From positions 51,297 to 115,296 of the forward strand of contig JAXMHM010000027.1 of assembly GCA_046346755.1 (NCBI GenBank): a DNA stretch of 64,000 nt, in the 5' to 3' direction. The stretch's first letter is position 1. Each line of letters starts with the position of its first letter. Positions 1-10,300 of this stretch are shown here, in pieces. This stretch comes from Opitutaceae bacterium. Lineage in GTDB: Bacteria > Verrucomicrobiota > Verrucomicrobiia > Opitutales > Opitutaceae. The notes beneath the pieces are model-generated. The model searched no databases. It was not told the DNA's origin and worked only from the letters and a program-made list of their open reading frames with translations. The translations under genes were made by a program, and so were the position numbers.

Positions 1-935
1 CGCTGGTCGGCGGTATTCCGAGCTGGCTCCTCATTCTCGCCGAAGCCGTGCTGCTCAAGGGCGGACACGGCAAGGCACGGCCGACCTACCTCAAGGCAGT
101 CTGGCCCAACCTCGAGTGCGTGGTCCATGGCGGCGTCCCGCTTGGACCGTTCGCCGAGGAACTGCGCGCCATCGTCGGGCCTAAAGTCAATTTCCACGAA
201 GTCTATCCCGCCTCCGAGGGCTTCATTGCCACGCAGGACGCAGATTCGACATTCGGTCTTCGGCTCATGGCGGACACCGGTCTCTTCTTTGAATTCCTCC
301 CCATGAAGGAATTCGTAGAAGCAAAACTCGGCGCCCTCGGCCCGCGCGCGGTTCCGCTCGCGGACGTGAAGGAAGGGGTCGACTACGCCCTCGTGCTGAC
401 CACGCCGGCCGGACTCTGCCGCTATGTGATCGGCGATGTGGTGCGGTTCGTTTCCACCGACATTCCCCGACTGCTTTACGTGGGACGGACCCGGCTGCAA
501 TTGAGCGGGTTTGGCGAGCATGTGATCGAAAAGGAACTGACCGATGCACTCCTGACCGTCTGCCACCGTCACGGGTGGAGCATCGTCAACTTCCACGTCG
601 CCCCTCTCTTTGCCGACGGCACCTCGACCCCGCCTCGCGGGCGTCACGAGTGGTGGATCGAGCTCAAGACTCCGTCCGCCGTCACTCCGACCGGACCCAT
701 GATTGCGGCCGAGCTTGATGTTGAGCTGCAACAGCTTAACGACGACTACGACGCCAAGCGCAAAGGTCGGGGGCTCGAAGCCCCAGTCGTGCGTCTGGTC
801 ATGCCCGGACTATTCGAGCAGTGGATGCGGACGGCCGGAAAATGGGGCGGTCAGGGCAAGATGCCCCGCTGCCGCAGCGATCGCCATATCGCCGAGGAAC
901 TCGCAAAACTCGCGCGTTTCTCCCAGGACGCTTGA
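1..935 (+). CDS. GH3 (auxin-responsive promoter) family protein, C-terminal part; 5' end lies outside the window
   Basis: The ORF is open to the window edge in the frame of 48..935. The sequence style (FHEVYPASEGFIA, GLCRYVIGDVV, KMPRC near the C-terminus) matches bacterial GH3-family adenylating enzymes as I remember them. Confidence 0.75.
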   Translation, partial: LVGGIPSWLLILAEAVLLKGGHGKARPTYLKAVWPNLECVVHGGVPLGPFAEELRAIVGPKVNFHEVYPASEGFIATQDADSTFGLRLMADTGLFFEFLPMKEFVEAKLGALGPRAVPLADVKEGVDYALVLTTPAGLCRYVIGDVVRFVSTDIPRLLYVGRTRLQLSGFGEHVIEKELTDALLTVCHRHGWSIVNFHVAPLFADGTSTPPRGRHEWWIELKTPSAVTPTGPMIAAELDVELQQLNDDYDAKRKGRGLEAPVVRLVMPGLFEQWMRTAGKWGGQGKMPRCRSDRHIAEELAKLARFSQDA

Positions 936-1047
936 GACGCGATCGGTTGCGTCCCGCCCGAGCTGCGCCAGACGGTCGACGGATGGGGGGTCTGTCGAAA
1001 TGCTCATTTTTGAGCATCCAGCGAAGAACATCCCCCGGCCTAGAGCT

Positions 1048-1063
1048 TGGCATGAACCGTGCT
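1048..1063 (+). promoter_or_regulatory. candidate sigma-54 (-24/-12) promoter TGGCATGAACCGTGCT
   Basis: GG (1049-1050) and GC (1061-1062) are 12 nt apart. The site matches the consensus TGGCACG-N4-TTGCW at most positions. No protein gene follows on the + strand. Confidence 0.35.
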
Positions 1064-1073
1064 ATTTCACCTG

Positions 1074-1183
1074 CACACTGTCCTGCTTCGCGCAGGGCTT
1101 TGGGGTAAACATGGATAACCGACGCAAGTCGGTAAGAAAACTGAGGGCCCGGCGTAAGGGGTTTCGCCGGGCCCTTCCTTTTT
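1074..1183 (+). ncRNA. candidate small RNA of about 110 nt (promoter to terminator), three hairpins
   Basis: Hairpin 1 is 1080-1098 (CCTGC/GCAGG core). Hairpin 2 is 1118-1133 (ACCGAC-GCAA-GTCGGT, GNRA loop). Hairpin 3 is the terminator at 1145-1183. The only ORF here is a shadow frame that reads through the terminator. Confidence 0.3.
1145..1183. terminator. rho-independent terminator, probably bidirectional
   Basis: GGGCCCGGCG-taaggggttt-CGCCGGGCCC is followed by TTCCTTTTT on the + strand. The minus strand reads a TTTTCTT tract after the same stem, 39 nt downstream of the DMT gene stop at 1222. Confidence 0.75.
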
Positions 1184-1221
1184 CCCGCGGCTGCGGTGGA
1201 GGCGAGTCAGCGACGGCACTT

Positions 1222-2106
1222 CTAGCCAAAGACGACCAGACCGATGGCCGCGAGCATGAGCACCGCACCCCCGAGACGGTTGCGGAGCAGGTGGGACGGA
1301 AGCGATTGTTCCTCGTTTCCGAACCAATGGCCGATCAGCCAGACTGCGATCACACTCCAAAGTCCGCGCGACGCGTAAACGATGTTCACCGCCGTGGCGT
1401 CACCAAACACGCCCAAGGTGTAGGACATGCCCGCAGCCTGAATCGCCAGCAGCACCGCACCGGGCAGCAGCCAGGGCCAGGCGGCCCGGGGCACCGATCG
1501 GAGCGGTGCATGAAACCGGGGAATGAGCGCGAACGAGTACACCCCCATGGACCCAAACATCAGCGGCAGAAAGCGCCCCACTCCCCAGGTCGGCGCCCAC
1601 TTTTGCACCAGCACATCCGTCAACGCATAGGCACCGGCGGCCAGTGCCGCCCAGGTGATGGTGGCGCCGAGCCGGCGATGAACCATGCCCCTCCCTCCGG
1701 TGTTCAGCAGGACGATGGCCGTCGTGCTCAACAGCGCTGCCAACCACCACTTGAGCGGCACGGGATCGTGCAGCAGGAGGGCACTCAACAACGCCACCAT
1801 CAAAATCTTCAAACCCAGCACCGGGGTGGCCACGGAGACATCGCCCTCCAGCGCCAGAAATGTTGCCACCTGACCGCCAAAAAACAGCGCGCCGGCCAGC
1901 AAAGGCTGCCACAGGTCCTGCAGGGGCTGCGGGTGTCCCCCCAGCCACCACAGCGGGGAAAAACAAAGTCCCATCGCCACGTTCGCGACAAAGGTGGTCC
2001 GCCAGAGACCGACGCCATAGGCGGCGGAGCGTTTGACGAGCAGGACCGCCAGCACGTAGCCAAGGCTGCTGGCGAGCGGAAGGAGCAGGTGAGCCGGAAA
2101 ACTCAT
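1222..2106 (-). CDS. DMT superfamily (EamA-like) transporter
   Basis: About 10 hydrophobic helices in a two-fold EamA-like arrangement. Start moved to the ATG at 2106 (MSFPAHLLL...). The ORF-track N-terminal extension is Arg/Ser-rich and non-membrane. Confidence 0.8.
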   Translation of the reverse strand: MSFPAHLLLPLASSLGYVLAVLLVKRSAAYGVGLWRTTFVANVAMGLCFSPLWWLGGHPQPLQDLWQPLLAGALFFGGQVATFLALEGDVSVATPVLGLKILMVALLSALLLHDPVPLKWWLAALLSTTAIVLLNTGGRGMVHRRLGATITWAALAAGAYALTDVLVQKWAPTWGVGRFLPLMFGSMGVYSFALIPRFHAPLRSVPRAAWPWLLPGAVLLAIQAAGMSYTLGVFGDATAVNIVYASRGLWSVIAVWLIGHWFGNEEQSLPSHLLRNRLGGAVLMLAAIGLVVFG

Positions 2107-2131
2107 GCCGGCTCCCGTCCGAACGAGGGAC

Positions 2132-2662
2132 TCACAGGAGGGACTCGATCTGCGCCTCGTACGCGGCGACGTCCTGCAGCGACCCGACTTTCCGATGCCG
2201 GACGTGTCCCTCGCGATCGATGAGGAAGGTCGTCGGCATGGCTTCAACCTGGTAGGCCTCGGCGATGTCGGAGTCCCCCATCACGATCACATAGTTGACC
2301 CCCAGACTTTCGGTGAACGTCTTCACCACGCCCGGCCCCTGGGCATCCAGCGAGATTCCGACGATCACCAACCCGCGCTCGCCATACTTCTTCTGCAGGG
2401 CGATGTAGTCGGGCATTTCCCGGCGGCAGGGAGGGCACCAGGTGGCCCAGAAATCGAGCACGACCACCTTGCCGCGGAACTGGGAGAGCGTGACATCGCG
2501 TCCGGCGAGGTCCTTGAGCCGCCAGGGTGCCGCCGTGGTCGAGGCCGCGGTCGAGGCCGGTTTTTCCTTTTCGCGGGGAGCGCAGCCGACCAAACCGAGG
2601 AGCATCAGCGGGAGCAGGAGGCGGAAAACAAGCGGGCGTGGGTTCATGACAGTGGGAGGCAC
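2132..2662 (-). CDS. TlpA-family thiol:disulfide oxidoreductase (thioredoxin fold), lipoprotein
   Basis: Signal peptide with lipobox (LLGLVGC), a WCPPC active site, and AhpC/TSA-like flanks (VVVLDFWATWCPPCRREMP). Confidence 0.85.
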   Translation of the reverse strand: MPPTVMNPRPLVFRLLLPLMLLGLVGCAPREKEKPASTAASTTAAPWRLKDLAGRDVTLSQFRGKVVVLDFWATWCPPCRREMPDYIALQKKYGERGLVIVGISLDAQGPGVVKTFTESLGVNYVIVMGDSDIAEAYQVEAMPTTFLIDREGHVRHRKVGSLQDVAAYEAQIESLL

Positions 2663-2722
2663 AGCACATCCACTCTCTTCCCCACGTCAAACCGCCACCA
2701 GCGGCAACCGCCGGTTTCCGAC

Positions 2723-3625
2723 TCAGGCTTCCCGGGCTTCCGGCAGGTCCATACCGAGCGTCTCAATGAACTTCTTCATGGCGGGCGTGAGCACGCGACC
2801 CTTGCGGTAGAGAATGGCCAGGGGGCGGGTGAATTCACGTCCCTTAAACTTGAGCACCGACAAGGTCCCCTGCTTGGCCTCCTGCAGCACGGTGGCCTGG
2901 GGTACAATGGCGATCCCGTGATCGATCTCCACCGCCCGTTTCACCGTTTCAATGTTGTCGAATTCCATGACCGGCTCGATCTCGAGCCGATTGTCCCGGA
3001 AGATCTGATCCACCGCCTTGCGCGTCGGGATGTCGGGATCGAAGCCAATGAATTTCTGCGAAGCCAGGTCGCGCAAGTCGACCTCGCCGCCTCCTTTGGC
3101 CAGAGGGTGATTCGGATGCGTGATGAGGACCAGCTTGTCGTTGCGGAACGGCATGGCCTCGATCTGACGCTGTTTGACCGGAAAAGCGACCAGGCCGAAA
3201 TCGACCGAGTTGTGCAGAATGTCCTCGTACACGAGGTTCGAGCGCCGGTACTCCACCCGGACGTTGACCGAGGGGAAATCGTTGAGGAACCGCTTGATGT
3301 AGGGCGGAAGCTCATGCAGCCCGATCGAATAAATCGTGGAGATCCGGATCATGCCGCTGATGACCTTCTTCATCTCCTGCAACTCCGACGCGAGCTTGTC
3401 GTAGGTGTGCAGAATCTCCTTGGCCGATTCGTACACACGCTGACCTTCCCGCGTGAGCTGAAATTGCTTTTGACTCCGGTCGATGAGCAGCGTCTTAAAA
3501 TGCCGCTCCATCGCCCGCGCCTGCTGGCTCACCGCGGATTGGGTGATACCGTTGATTTTGGCCGATTTGGAAAAGCTCTTGGTTTCCACCAAATCCGCGA
3601 AGATCTTGAAATTATCAATCTGCAT
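2723..3625 (-). CDS. LysR-family transcriptional regulator
   Basis: N-terminal wHTH (FSKSAKINGITQSAVSQQARAMERHF) plus a LysR substrate-binding domain. Divergent from the yggS-like gene. Confidence 0.9.
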   Translation of the reverse strand: MQIDNFKIFADLVETKSFSKSAKINGITQSAVSQQARAMERHFKTLLIDRSQKQFQLTREGQRVYESAKEILHTYDKLASELQEMKKVISGMIRISTIYSIGLHELPPYIKRFLNDFPSVNVRVEYRRSNLVYEDILHNSVDFGLVAFPVKQRQIEAMPFRNDKLVLITHPNHPLAKGGGEVDLRDLASQKFIGFDPDIPTRKAVDQIFRDNRLEIEPVMEFDNIETVKRAVEIDHGIAIVPQATVLQEAKQGTLSVLKFKGREFTRPLAILYRKGRVLTPAMKKFIETLGMDLPEAREA

Positions 3626-3695
3626 AGGCTCTCCGAGTTAGAAGTGTGTATAACCTTTTCTAATTACAGAGCAACCTATTAAAAGCCCTATTTTA
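3626..3695. promoter_or_regulatory. AT-rich divergent promoter/operator region (LysR / YggS-like)
   Basis: Locally AT-rich 70 bp with TTA-N10-TAA and TAAT-N13-ATTA dyads, compatible with LysR-type T-N11-A boxes. No experimental support. Confidence 0.35.
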
Positions 3696-4406
3696 ATGTA
3701 CCTTTCCTACGAGCAGTTCTGCGCCAACACCCGTGCCGTTCTCGCCCGCATGGCTGACGCGTGTGCCCGCACGGGTCGCAACCCGGCTGAGGTGAAGCTC
3801 TTACCGGTGACCAAGACGCATCCGGCCGAAGCGGCGGCTTTTGTCCTGAGGTACGGCGGCCTGTCCGCGGTCGGCGAAAACCGGGTTCAGGAAGCAGCGG
3901 AAAAACGACCGGCGGTCGATGCCGCCCTGCAGTGGGAACTGATTGGCCACCTTCAATCCAACAAAGCCCGCCTCGCGGTGGAGGTATTCGACCGAATTCA
4001 GAGCGTGGACAGTGAAAAACTCGTCGGCGTCCTTGCCCGGGCAGCCGTGGCGAGGGGACGGCCCCTCCGGGTGTTGCTGCAGATCAACGCGGGCAACGAC
4101 CCGGCGAAATTTGGGGCCGATCCAGAAGAGGCCCCGCGCCTGCTGGAGCAGGCTCTCGGCAGTCCTGGGCTCCAGGTGGAAGGCCTGATGACGATCGCGC
4201 CACTCAGTGACGATCCTGACGTTGCCCGTCGAACCTTTGCCCATCTTCGGAAGATTCGGGACGCACTCGCCCTCCGTTTCGGCGTGCCCTTGCACGAACT
4301 CTCGATGGGGATGAGCGGTGACCTGGCCGAGGCAATTGCGGAAGGGAGCACCCAAGTGAGGGTGGGTACGGCGCTCTTCGGACATCGTCCCCCGCCGGCC
4401 ACCTGA
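3696..4406 (+). CDS. yggS: YggS-family pyridoxal-phosphate homeostasis protein
   Basis: LLPVTKTH (PLP Lys), GENRVQE and GHLQSNK motifs; about 235 aa, single alanine-racemase-N-like domain. Confidence 0.85.
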   Translation: MYLSYEQFCANTRAVLARMADACARTGRNPAEVKLLPVTKTHPAEAAAFVLRYGGLSAVGENRVQEAAEKRPAVDAALQWELIGHLQSNKARLAVEVFDRIQSVDSEKLVGVLARAAVARGRPLRVLLQINAGNDPAKFGADPEEAPRLLEQALGSPGLQVEGLMTIAPLSDDPDVARRTFAHLRKIRDALALRFGVPLHELSMGMSGDLAEAIAEGSTQVRVGTALFGHRPPPAT

Positions 4407-4480
4407 GCCGCATCGGTCAACCGCTGCGCCAAAGCTGCTTTCCTGTTTGCACGGCTCGCGAAAGCGCCTTCGCTGACACC

Positions 4481-5347
4481 GTGAAACCGACGTCCTCCGA
4501 AGCGAGCCTCCGCGAAGCGTTGCTGACGTTGCTCGACGATCCTGCACCCGCGGTGCGGCGCGCGTTGCTGGCCCATTTTGCCGCGGATCCGCTGGAGTCG
4601 GCGCGGCTGCTCAAGGACCTGGCGGGGGGATCGAACCGCCTGCTCGCCTGGCATGCGCGCAGCTACCTGGAGGAGTTGAAACTGGCGGATCCCGTCGGCG
4701 ATTTTCGCGATTTCATCCGTTCGCTGAAGTACGAATTGGAGACGGGCTCCATGCTGATGGCCCGCACGGTGTATCCAACCCTCGATGTCGCCGCGTGCAG
4801 TGACCAGCTTGACCGGCTGGCCGCCCGCTGCCGCGAGCTCATCGCCGAACCCTGCAGCGCACGGGAGAAGTGCCGCGTCATCAACCGGGTCCTCTATCAC
4901 GACCATGGATTTCACGGGAACATCGAGCACTACACGGACCCGGAGAACAGCTTCCTGCACCGGGTGCTGGAGCGGCACAAGGGCATCCCGATTTCACTCT
5001 GCCTCGTGTACCTGCTGGTCGCCCAACGCTTGGGTCTGACGCTGGAACCCGTCGCCCCTCCGGGGCATTTTGTGCTCGGCTGCTTCAGCGACGACGCTCC
5101 GTTCTACATCGATGCCTTCGACGGAGGCGTGTTGCGCAGCACCGACGAGCTTTGCGCCCGGCTCGCCCAGCAACAGATTCCGGTCAAGGCGGCGGACCTG
5201 GCCCCATCCTCCATTCGGGAAATGCTCTGTCGCTGCTGCCGAAATCTGGTCAATCACTACGCGCGAGCCGGCGATTTTGACCGGTCCCGTCTCTTCGCCG
5301 GCTTCGTGGAGGAGTTCGAGGCGACCTACGCGAGGAATTCGGGTTGA
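4481..5347 (+). CDS. SirB1/transglutaminase-like family protein
   Basis: Central region (DPENSFLHRVLERHKGIPISLCLVYLLVAQRLGL...PGHF) is typical of the SirB1 N-terminal transglutaminase-like family. Confidence 0.65.
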   Translation: MKPTSSEASLREALLTLLDDPAPAVRRALLAHFAADPLESARLLKDLAGGSNRLLAWHARSYLEELKLADPVGDFRDFIRSLKYELETGSMLMARTVYPTLDVAACSDQLDRLAARCRELIAEPCSAREKCRVINRVLYHDHGFHGNIEHYTDPENSFLHRVLERHKGIPISLCLVYLLVAQRLGLTLEPVAPPGHFVLGCFSDDAPFYIDAFDGGVLRSTDELCARLAQQQIPVKAADLAPSSIREMLCRCCRNLVNHYARAGDFDRSRLFAGFVEEFEATYARNSG

Positions 5348-5351
5348 GTGA

Positions 5352-6317
5352 GTGAACGGCACGGCCCTGGAAGGCCCGTCCGTCCTCTCTCCTGTTTCAC
5401 GACCGATGGATTCCGTTCCCACCCTCGCCGACCTCGGCGACCCACCCCGCACCGGCACCGCGCTCGCGGTGCTCGGCCACCCCATCCGCCACTCGATCAG
5501 CCCGGCGATGCACAACGCCGCCCTCGCGGCCATGGCCCGCAGCCGGCCGGAGTTCGCCTCGTGGTCGTATGGTCGCTTCGACGTGCCGCCGGCGGATCTT
5601 CCCACCGCGTTGTCTCGTCTGCACGCCCTCGGCTACCGTGGGCTGAACCTGACCGTGCCGCACAAGGTCCTCGCCTTCGGCAGCATGACCGAAATCGACC
5701 CCGCGGCCCGCCCGATTGGGGCGGTCAACACCCTGCGCTGGTCGCCGCAGGGCTGGCACGGCTTCAACACCGACGGCTACGGACTGGCGACCGCCATCGG
5801 TGAAACGCTGGGACTGACGCTGCAGGGCACGCACGTGGTGCTGCTGGGCGCCGGTGGCGCCGCCCGGGGCGCGGCGGTGGAGTGCCTGCAGCGGGGCTGT
5901 GCCTCACTCTGGATCGCCAATCGGACCCAGGAGAATCTGGATACACTGCTCTCGGTGTTGCGCCCGCTCGCCGGGGCGATTCCGCTGCACGGTTTCCCGC
6001 CAGACCGGCTGCCCGGCGGGCTGCCCACCGGCAGCCTGGTCGTGAACGCCACCAGCGCCGGGCTGAAGCCGCAGGATCCCCCGCCCATCGATCTGGCCAC
6101 GATACCCTCGCCCGCCGGGGTCTATGACATGATCTACAACCCTCCCGTCACCCCGCTGCTTGCGCAGGCAGCCCGACTCGGGCTCCCGCATGCCAATGGG
6201 CTGTCCATGCTGATCCACCAGGGGGCCCGCGCCCTGGAGATCTGGTCGGGTGCCTCTGTTCCGGTCGCAGCCATGCGACAGGCCGCCGAGCAGGCCTTGG
6301 GGCGGACGCATCCCTGA
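5352..6317 (+). CDS. aroE: shikimate dehydrogenase
   Basis: HSISPAMHN, NLTVPHK, GAVNT, NTDG and GAGGAARG motifs. The true start may be the ATG at 5406 (MDSVPT...). Confidence 0.9.
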   Translation: MNGTALEGPSVLSPVSRPMDSVPTLADLGDPPRTGTALAVLGHPIRHSISPAMHNAALAAMARSRPEFASWSYGRFDVPPADLPTALSRLHALGYRGLNLTVPHKVLAFGSMTEIDPAARPIGAVNTLRWSPQGWHGFNTDGYGLATAIGETLGLTLQGTHVVLLGAGGAARGAAVECLQRGCASLWIANRTQENLDTLLSVLRPLAGAIPLHGFPPDRLPGGLPTGSLVVNATSAGLKPQDPPPIDLATIPSPAGVYDMIYNPPVTPLLAQAARLGLPHANGLSMLIHQGARALEIWSGASVPVAAMRQAAEQALGRTHP

Positions 6318-6420
6318 CCGACCGGCCGCAGGTCGCCTGTCCGCCAACCCGGCGTGCAGGATCGACTTATCGGCGGGCTCCGCTTGACTGCGGCCGAGCC
6401 GTCACCGGCCCTCCCTCTCC

Positions 6421-7332
6421 ATGGCCACCGCCTACACCGCCTTTTTCGCCGCCTATCCCTGGTTCCTGCCCACGGTGGCCGCCGTGCTCGGGGCGATCGT
6501 CGGCAGCTTCCTCAACGTGGTCATCTACCGGGTGCCCGCCGGCAAATCCATCGTCTCGCCGGGATCCCACTGCGCCTGCGGTCAAGCCATCGCGTGGTAC
6601 GACAACATTCCGATCCTGAGCTGGTTCATCCTGCGAGGGCGGGCCCGGTGCTGCGGGCGTCCGTACTCCATCCGTTATGCCCTGATCGAAATGCTCGTGG
6701 CCGGGCTCTTTCTGGTCAGCTGGCTCAGTTTCTCGCCGGCCAAGGCGGTGGTGGGCTGGGTGCTGCTCAGCGGCCTGGTGTGCGCCACCTTCATCGATCT
6801 CGACCACATGATCATCCCCGACGTCTTCACCATCGGCGGCGGGTTGGTCGGGGTGGCGCTCTCCCTCCTTGTCCCCGCGCTGCACGGGTTCGGGGGCGAC
6901 CTGTGGGTGGCGGACGTCGTCCGGTCGGGCGTGGCGTCCCTCAAGGGTCTGCTCATCGGTTCCGGACTGGTGCTGTGGATTGCCCTGGTCGCCGAGGCCG
7001 TGCTCAAGAAGGAGGCAATGGGGTTTGGCGACGTCAAATTCGTCGGGGCCATCGGCGCCTTCTGTGGCTGGCAGGGTGCGGTCTGCAGTATTTTTGGCGG
7101 TGCGGTCGTCGGCACGCTCTGGGTCGCAATCGCCGTGCTGTGGAAACGCATCGGCGGCGCCAACGCACAGTCCCTCGCCCCGGCCGAAACCCCCGACGGC
7201 AAACCGGCTGATCTCGGTTTCGGGGTGCACGTGCCCTTCGGACCGATGCTCGCGGTCGCGGCCCTGCTCTATTTTCTCGTGGCCCACCGGTGGGTCGACC
7301 CCTACTTCGCGCAATTCGCCAGTCTCTTCTAA
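6421..7332 (+). CDS. prepilin peptidase (A24 family, type IV leader peptidase/N-methyltransferase)
   Basis: Cys-rich N-terminal segment (CxxC...CC), GFGDVKF catalytic-Asp motif, polytopic membrane protein. Confidence 0.9.
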   Translation: MATAYTAFFAAYPWFLPTVAAVLGAIVGSFLNVVIYRVPAGKSIVSPGSHCACGQAIAWYDNIPILSWFILRGRARCCGRPYSIRYALIEMLVAGLFLVSWLSFSPAKAVVGWVLLSGLVCATFIDLDHMIIPDVFTIGGGLVGVALSLLVPALHGFGGDLWVADVVRSGVASLKGLLIGSGLVLWIALVAEAVLKKEAMGFGDVKFVGAIGAFCGWQGAVCSIFGGAVVGTLWVAIAVLWKRIGGANAQSLAPAETPDGKPADLGFGVHVPFGPMLAVAALLYFLVAHRWVDPYFAQFASLF

Positions 7333-7335
7333 ACC

Positions 7336-7372
7336 GGCCGGCAGGCGCCCTTCCACAGGGCGCGCGCCGGCC
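7336..7372. terminator. strong GC hairpin between convergent genes
   Basis: GGCCGGC-ag-GCGCCC-ttccaca-GGGCGC-gc-GCCGGCC gives 13 bp with a 2x2 internal loop. U-tracts are weak on both strands. Confidence 0.5.
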
Positions 7373-7387
7373 CGCGTCACTCCGAAC

Positions 7388-10300
7388 TCACCACTCGTAG
7401 ACTTCGATCAGGGCCACCCCGGTGGTTTCACCCACCCCGGATACCTTGGCCGAATAGGCGCCGGGCTGCAGGGTGCGCACAATCACGGCATCCTTGCTGC
7501 CTGCGGCCAGCGGAAACGCTCCGGCGCCCCGTCCGTCGTCGGTGTCCCAATTGTCATTGGTCGCCACCTTTTCGTCCCCTCGGTACAGCTCCAACGTGGG
7601 ATCAGCCAGCACGCCCGCGACTCCAAAGGTGCCAAGGGTGGGTCCCACCGCACGGACAAGGATGCGCCGCGGTCCATCGCCAACAATGACAAACCCGGCG
7701 ATCAGGACTTCACCGCCGGTACCCACCTGGCTGCGGGCCGACACATTCACCAGCCGCGGCCCGCCGTCGCTCGTGGGCGGATCGAGGTCATAGAGTTCCA
7801 CCAAGGCCACGCCGGGTTCGGCCGTGTCCAGCTTGGCTGAATACGCACCGGGAAACACCGGGGTGACCAGCGCCGCGTCCTTGGATCCCGGCGGGAGCGC
7901 GAAAGCTCCCACCGACAGGAAGCGCGCCGCGTCGGCCACAAGCCAGTTGTCATTGCGATCAAGCACCTGCGACGAGGAACCAATCACCTCCAACCGGGGA
8001 TTCGGAACCGTGCCAGGCACCCCAAACGCTGCCAGCGCCGGCCCGATCCCGCGGATGAGCAAACTCTTGGGGCCCTGCTGCACGGAAAAACCCACGATCA
8101 GGGTCCGATCACCCTGTCCCGCCGAGGACCGCACCGAGAGGTTTGCGAGGCGACTCGCATTCCCCGCCGGCAAGGGCGCTCCGTCGACGATCACGGTGGC
8201 ACCTTCGCTCGAAAGCGATCCCGTGGAGTCGGTCACCACCACCGTGTAGACACCGCTCTGGCTGCTCTGGAGATTGTTCAGGACCAAGGTGGAACTTGTG
8301 GCGCCCGGGATGGGTACACCGTTGTTTCTCCATTGGTAGCGCAGGGTGTCCGCGCCGGCCGCGGCCGTCGCCAGAGTCACGCTGCCACCAGCCGAAACCC
8401 GGGCCGGCCGCGGCTGCAGCGAGAAACGCAGCGGTCGGTCCACCGGCGAACCGGTGCGACGGCTGTTGTGACGGAACATGGGCCAGGCGCTGCTGGCCTC
8501 GTCGAGATCCAGCCGGATCGCATAGAGGCGGAAGTCGCCTCCACCGAAGTACAACATGCCACCATGAATCAGAGGGGACGACCTCACCTGTTGCGCGGTG
8601 TAGTAGGTGCGCCGCAGGGTGCCATCGCTGTTCAGCGCCACCAGGGTGCCGTCGAGCGTGCCAATGTAGATCGAACCGTCTGAGGCCACCGCGGGGGACG
8701 AGGTGCGAATTTCCGCCGCCACCTTGGTCGCCCAGCGCAGGGTGCCATCCGGATTGAGGGCCACGACTTTGCCGTCATAGGTGCCGAAATACACGGTGCC
8801 GTTCTCACCCAAGGCAGGGGACGAGGACGTGCCGGCTTCGAGGGCATACTGCCACTTGAGCGTGCCGTCCGGATTGACCGCAACAAACCGGCCCGTGAGG
8901 GTGCCGAGATAAAGGACTCCCGAGTTATCAATGGCGGGTGAAGTGTAAACCTCGCCACCAACATCGAGCGTCCACTTGACCACCCCGGCGGGGGTGTAAG
9001 CCCGGAGGATGCGGTCGGTCGAGGCAATGTAGACGGTGCCGTCGCGAGCCACGGTGGGCGAGGTGTAGGACTCGCCAAACAAGCCCACCAGCCACTTCCG
9101 GGTCCCGTCCGGGTTGATGGCATGCAAGGGTCCGTTTGTGCCCCGGGCATAGATTGTACCATCGGGACCGATGGCCGGCGACCCCTCGACCGCGCCGGTC
9201 ACCGTGTAACTCCACTTCACCGCTCCGTCCGCGGTGATGGACTCAACCCGGCCCGCGGAGTCGACCACAATCAGGGTCCCATCCGGCGCTGCGGCCGCCG
9301 ACGCATAGGTACCGTATCCAAACAATATATCCGACCAGAGCATTTCGCCAAGTGCGTTGACCGCGGCAACGCCCCCGAAATAGTCCACAAAGAGCGCCCC
9401 GCCCCCCGGGTGCGCCACCGGCGAGGAATAAACCGGGCCGTAGACGACCGACTGCCACTCGCTGTCGATCAGAGAAAAGATGAAGTTCCCACCCGGGCCC
9501 ACCGAATCCACCAGAAAATAATAGGTCCGACCTTCAATCGCGTCGAACGTCACCATCGGGTCGTAGATCACGCCCTGCGCGTCGTCGTCGCTGTCGAGCT
9601 CCACCAGCGTTTTCAGGCTCGTTCCCGAGTAGACTCCGAGAACACTGTCCATATCGTCACTGTAGATCGAGGCCTGGAAGCGCCGCGACTTCGGGGCCAC
9701 CCACTTGTACCAGACGGAGCGCCCGGAGGCCGTTTCAACCACCACGGGTTCGCCGCTCTCCGGGGAGGCTCCGCGTGAGTTTCCCGCCACCCGGAAACTC
9801 AGGCCGCTGACCACGGCAGCGGAGGAGAAGCTGTCATTGGTCAGAGGAATGGTGAGGTTGAGGATCACCAGCCCACCCGGAGCCGTGCGGGACTCGACCG
9901 CAATGGCGTAGGTGGTGCCTTTGATCGCGTTGATCGTCACCTGGCTGGTGACCAGGTCGCCATCATTGTCATTCGCAGCCACCTGGGTGAGCGCCGCGAT
10001 ATTGTTACCCGTGTAGACGGCCAGGCGCGTATCCACGGCGCTGCCCAGGGTGTCGATCCGGTAGGTTGCGGTGTCCGGGGCGTTCCACACCCACCAGACC
10101 GAACCGCCCCCCTCGGACGGTGCGGCGTGCTGCGGTTCATTCGACTGCCGGAGCGCGCCGAACGTGGAGCCGCGGGCGGAGACATAGCTGCCCCAGAGGA
10201 TGCCGGCCTCGCTGGTGCCGTCGTTGAAGGGGCGGGTCGTGGCGTCGAGTGCCCGGGAGACATTGAGACGGCCGCCGGTGTGGACCAGGGTTTGCAGCGC

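Noticed and set aside
1000-1017. Hairpin ATGCTC-attttt-GAGCAT downstream of the GH3 gene, considered as a terminator.
   Set aside because: It is a 6-bp AT-rich stem without a following U-tract. It is too weak to call.
703-2223. 506-aa + strand ORF overlapping the DMT transporter gene. The same class includes 2105..3682, 3998..4978, 19824..21455, 34171..35679, 35567..36844, 39985..42624, 46247..47878, 50284..51282, 52459..53445 and 53881..56688.
   Set aside because: These are typical high-GC shadow ORFs. They are Arg/Pro/Gly/His-rich and of low complexity, with no recognisable motifs. Each lies antisense to, or out of frame with, a gene that has clear family signatures.
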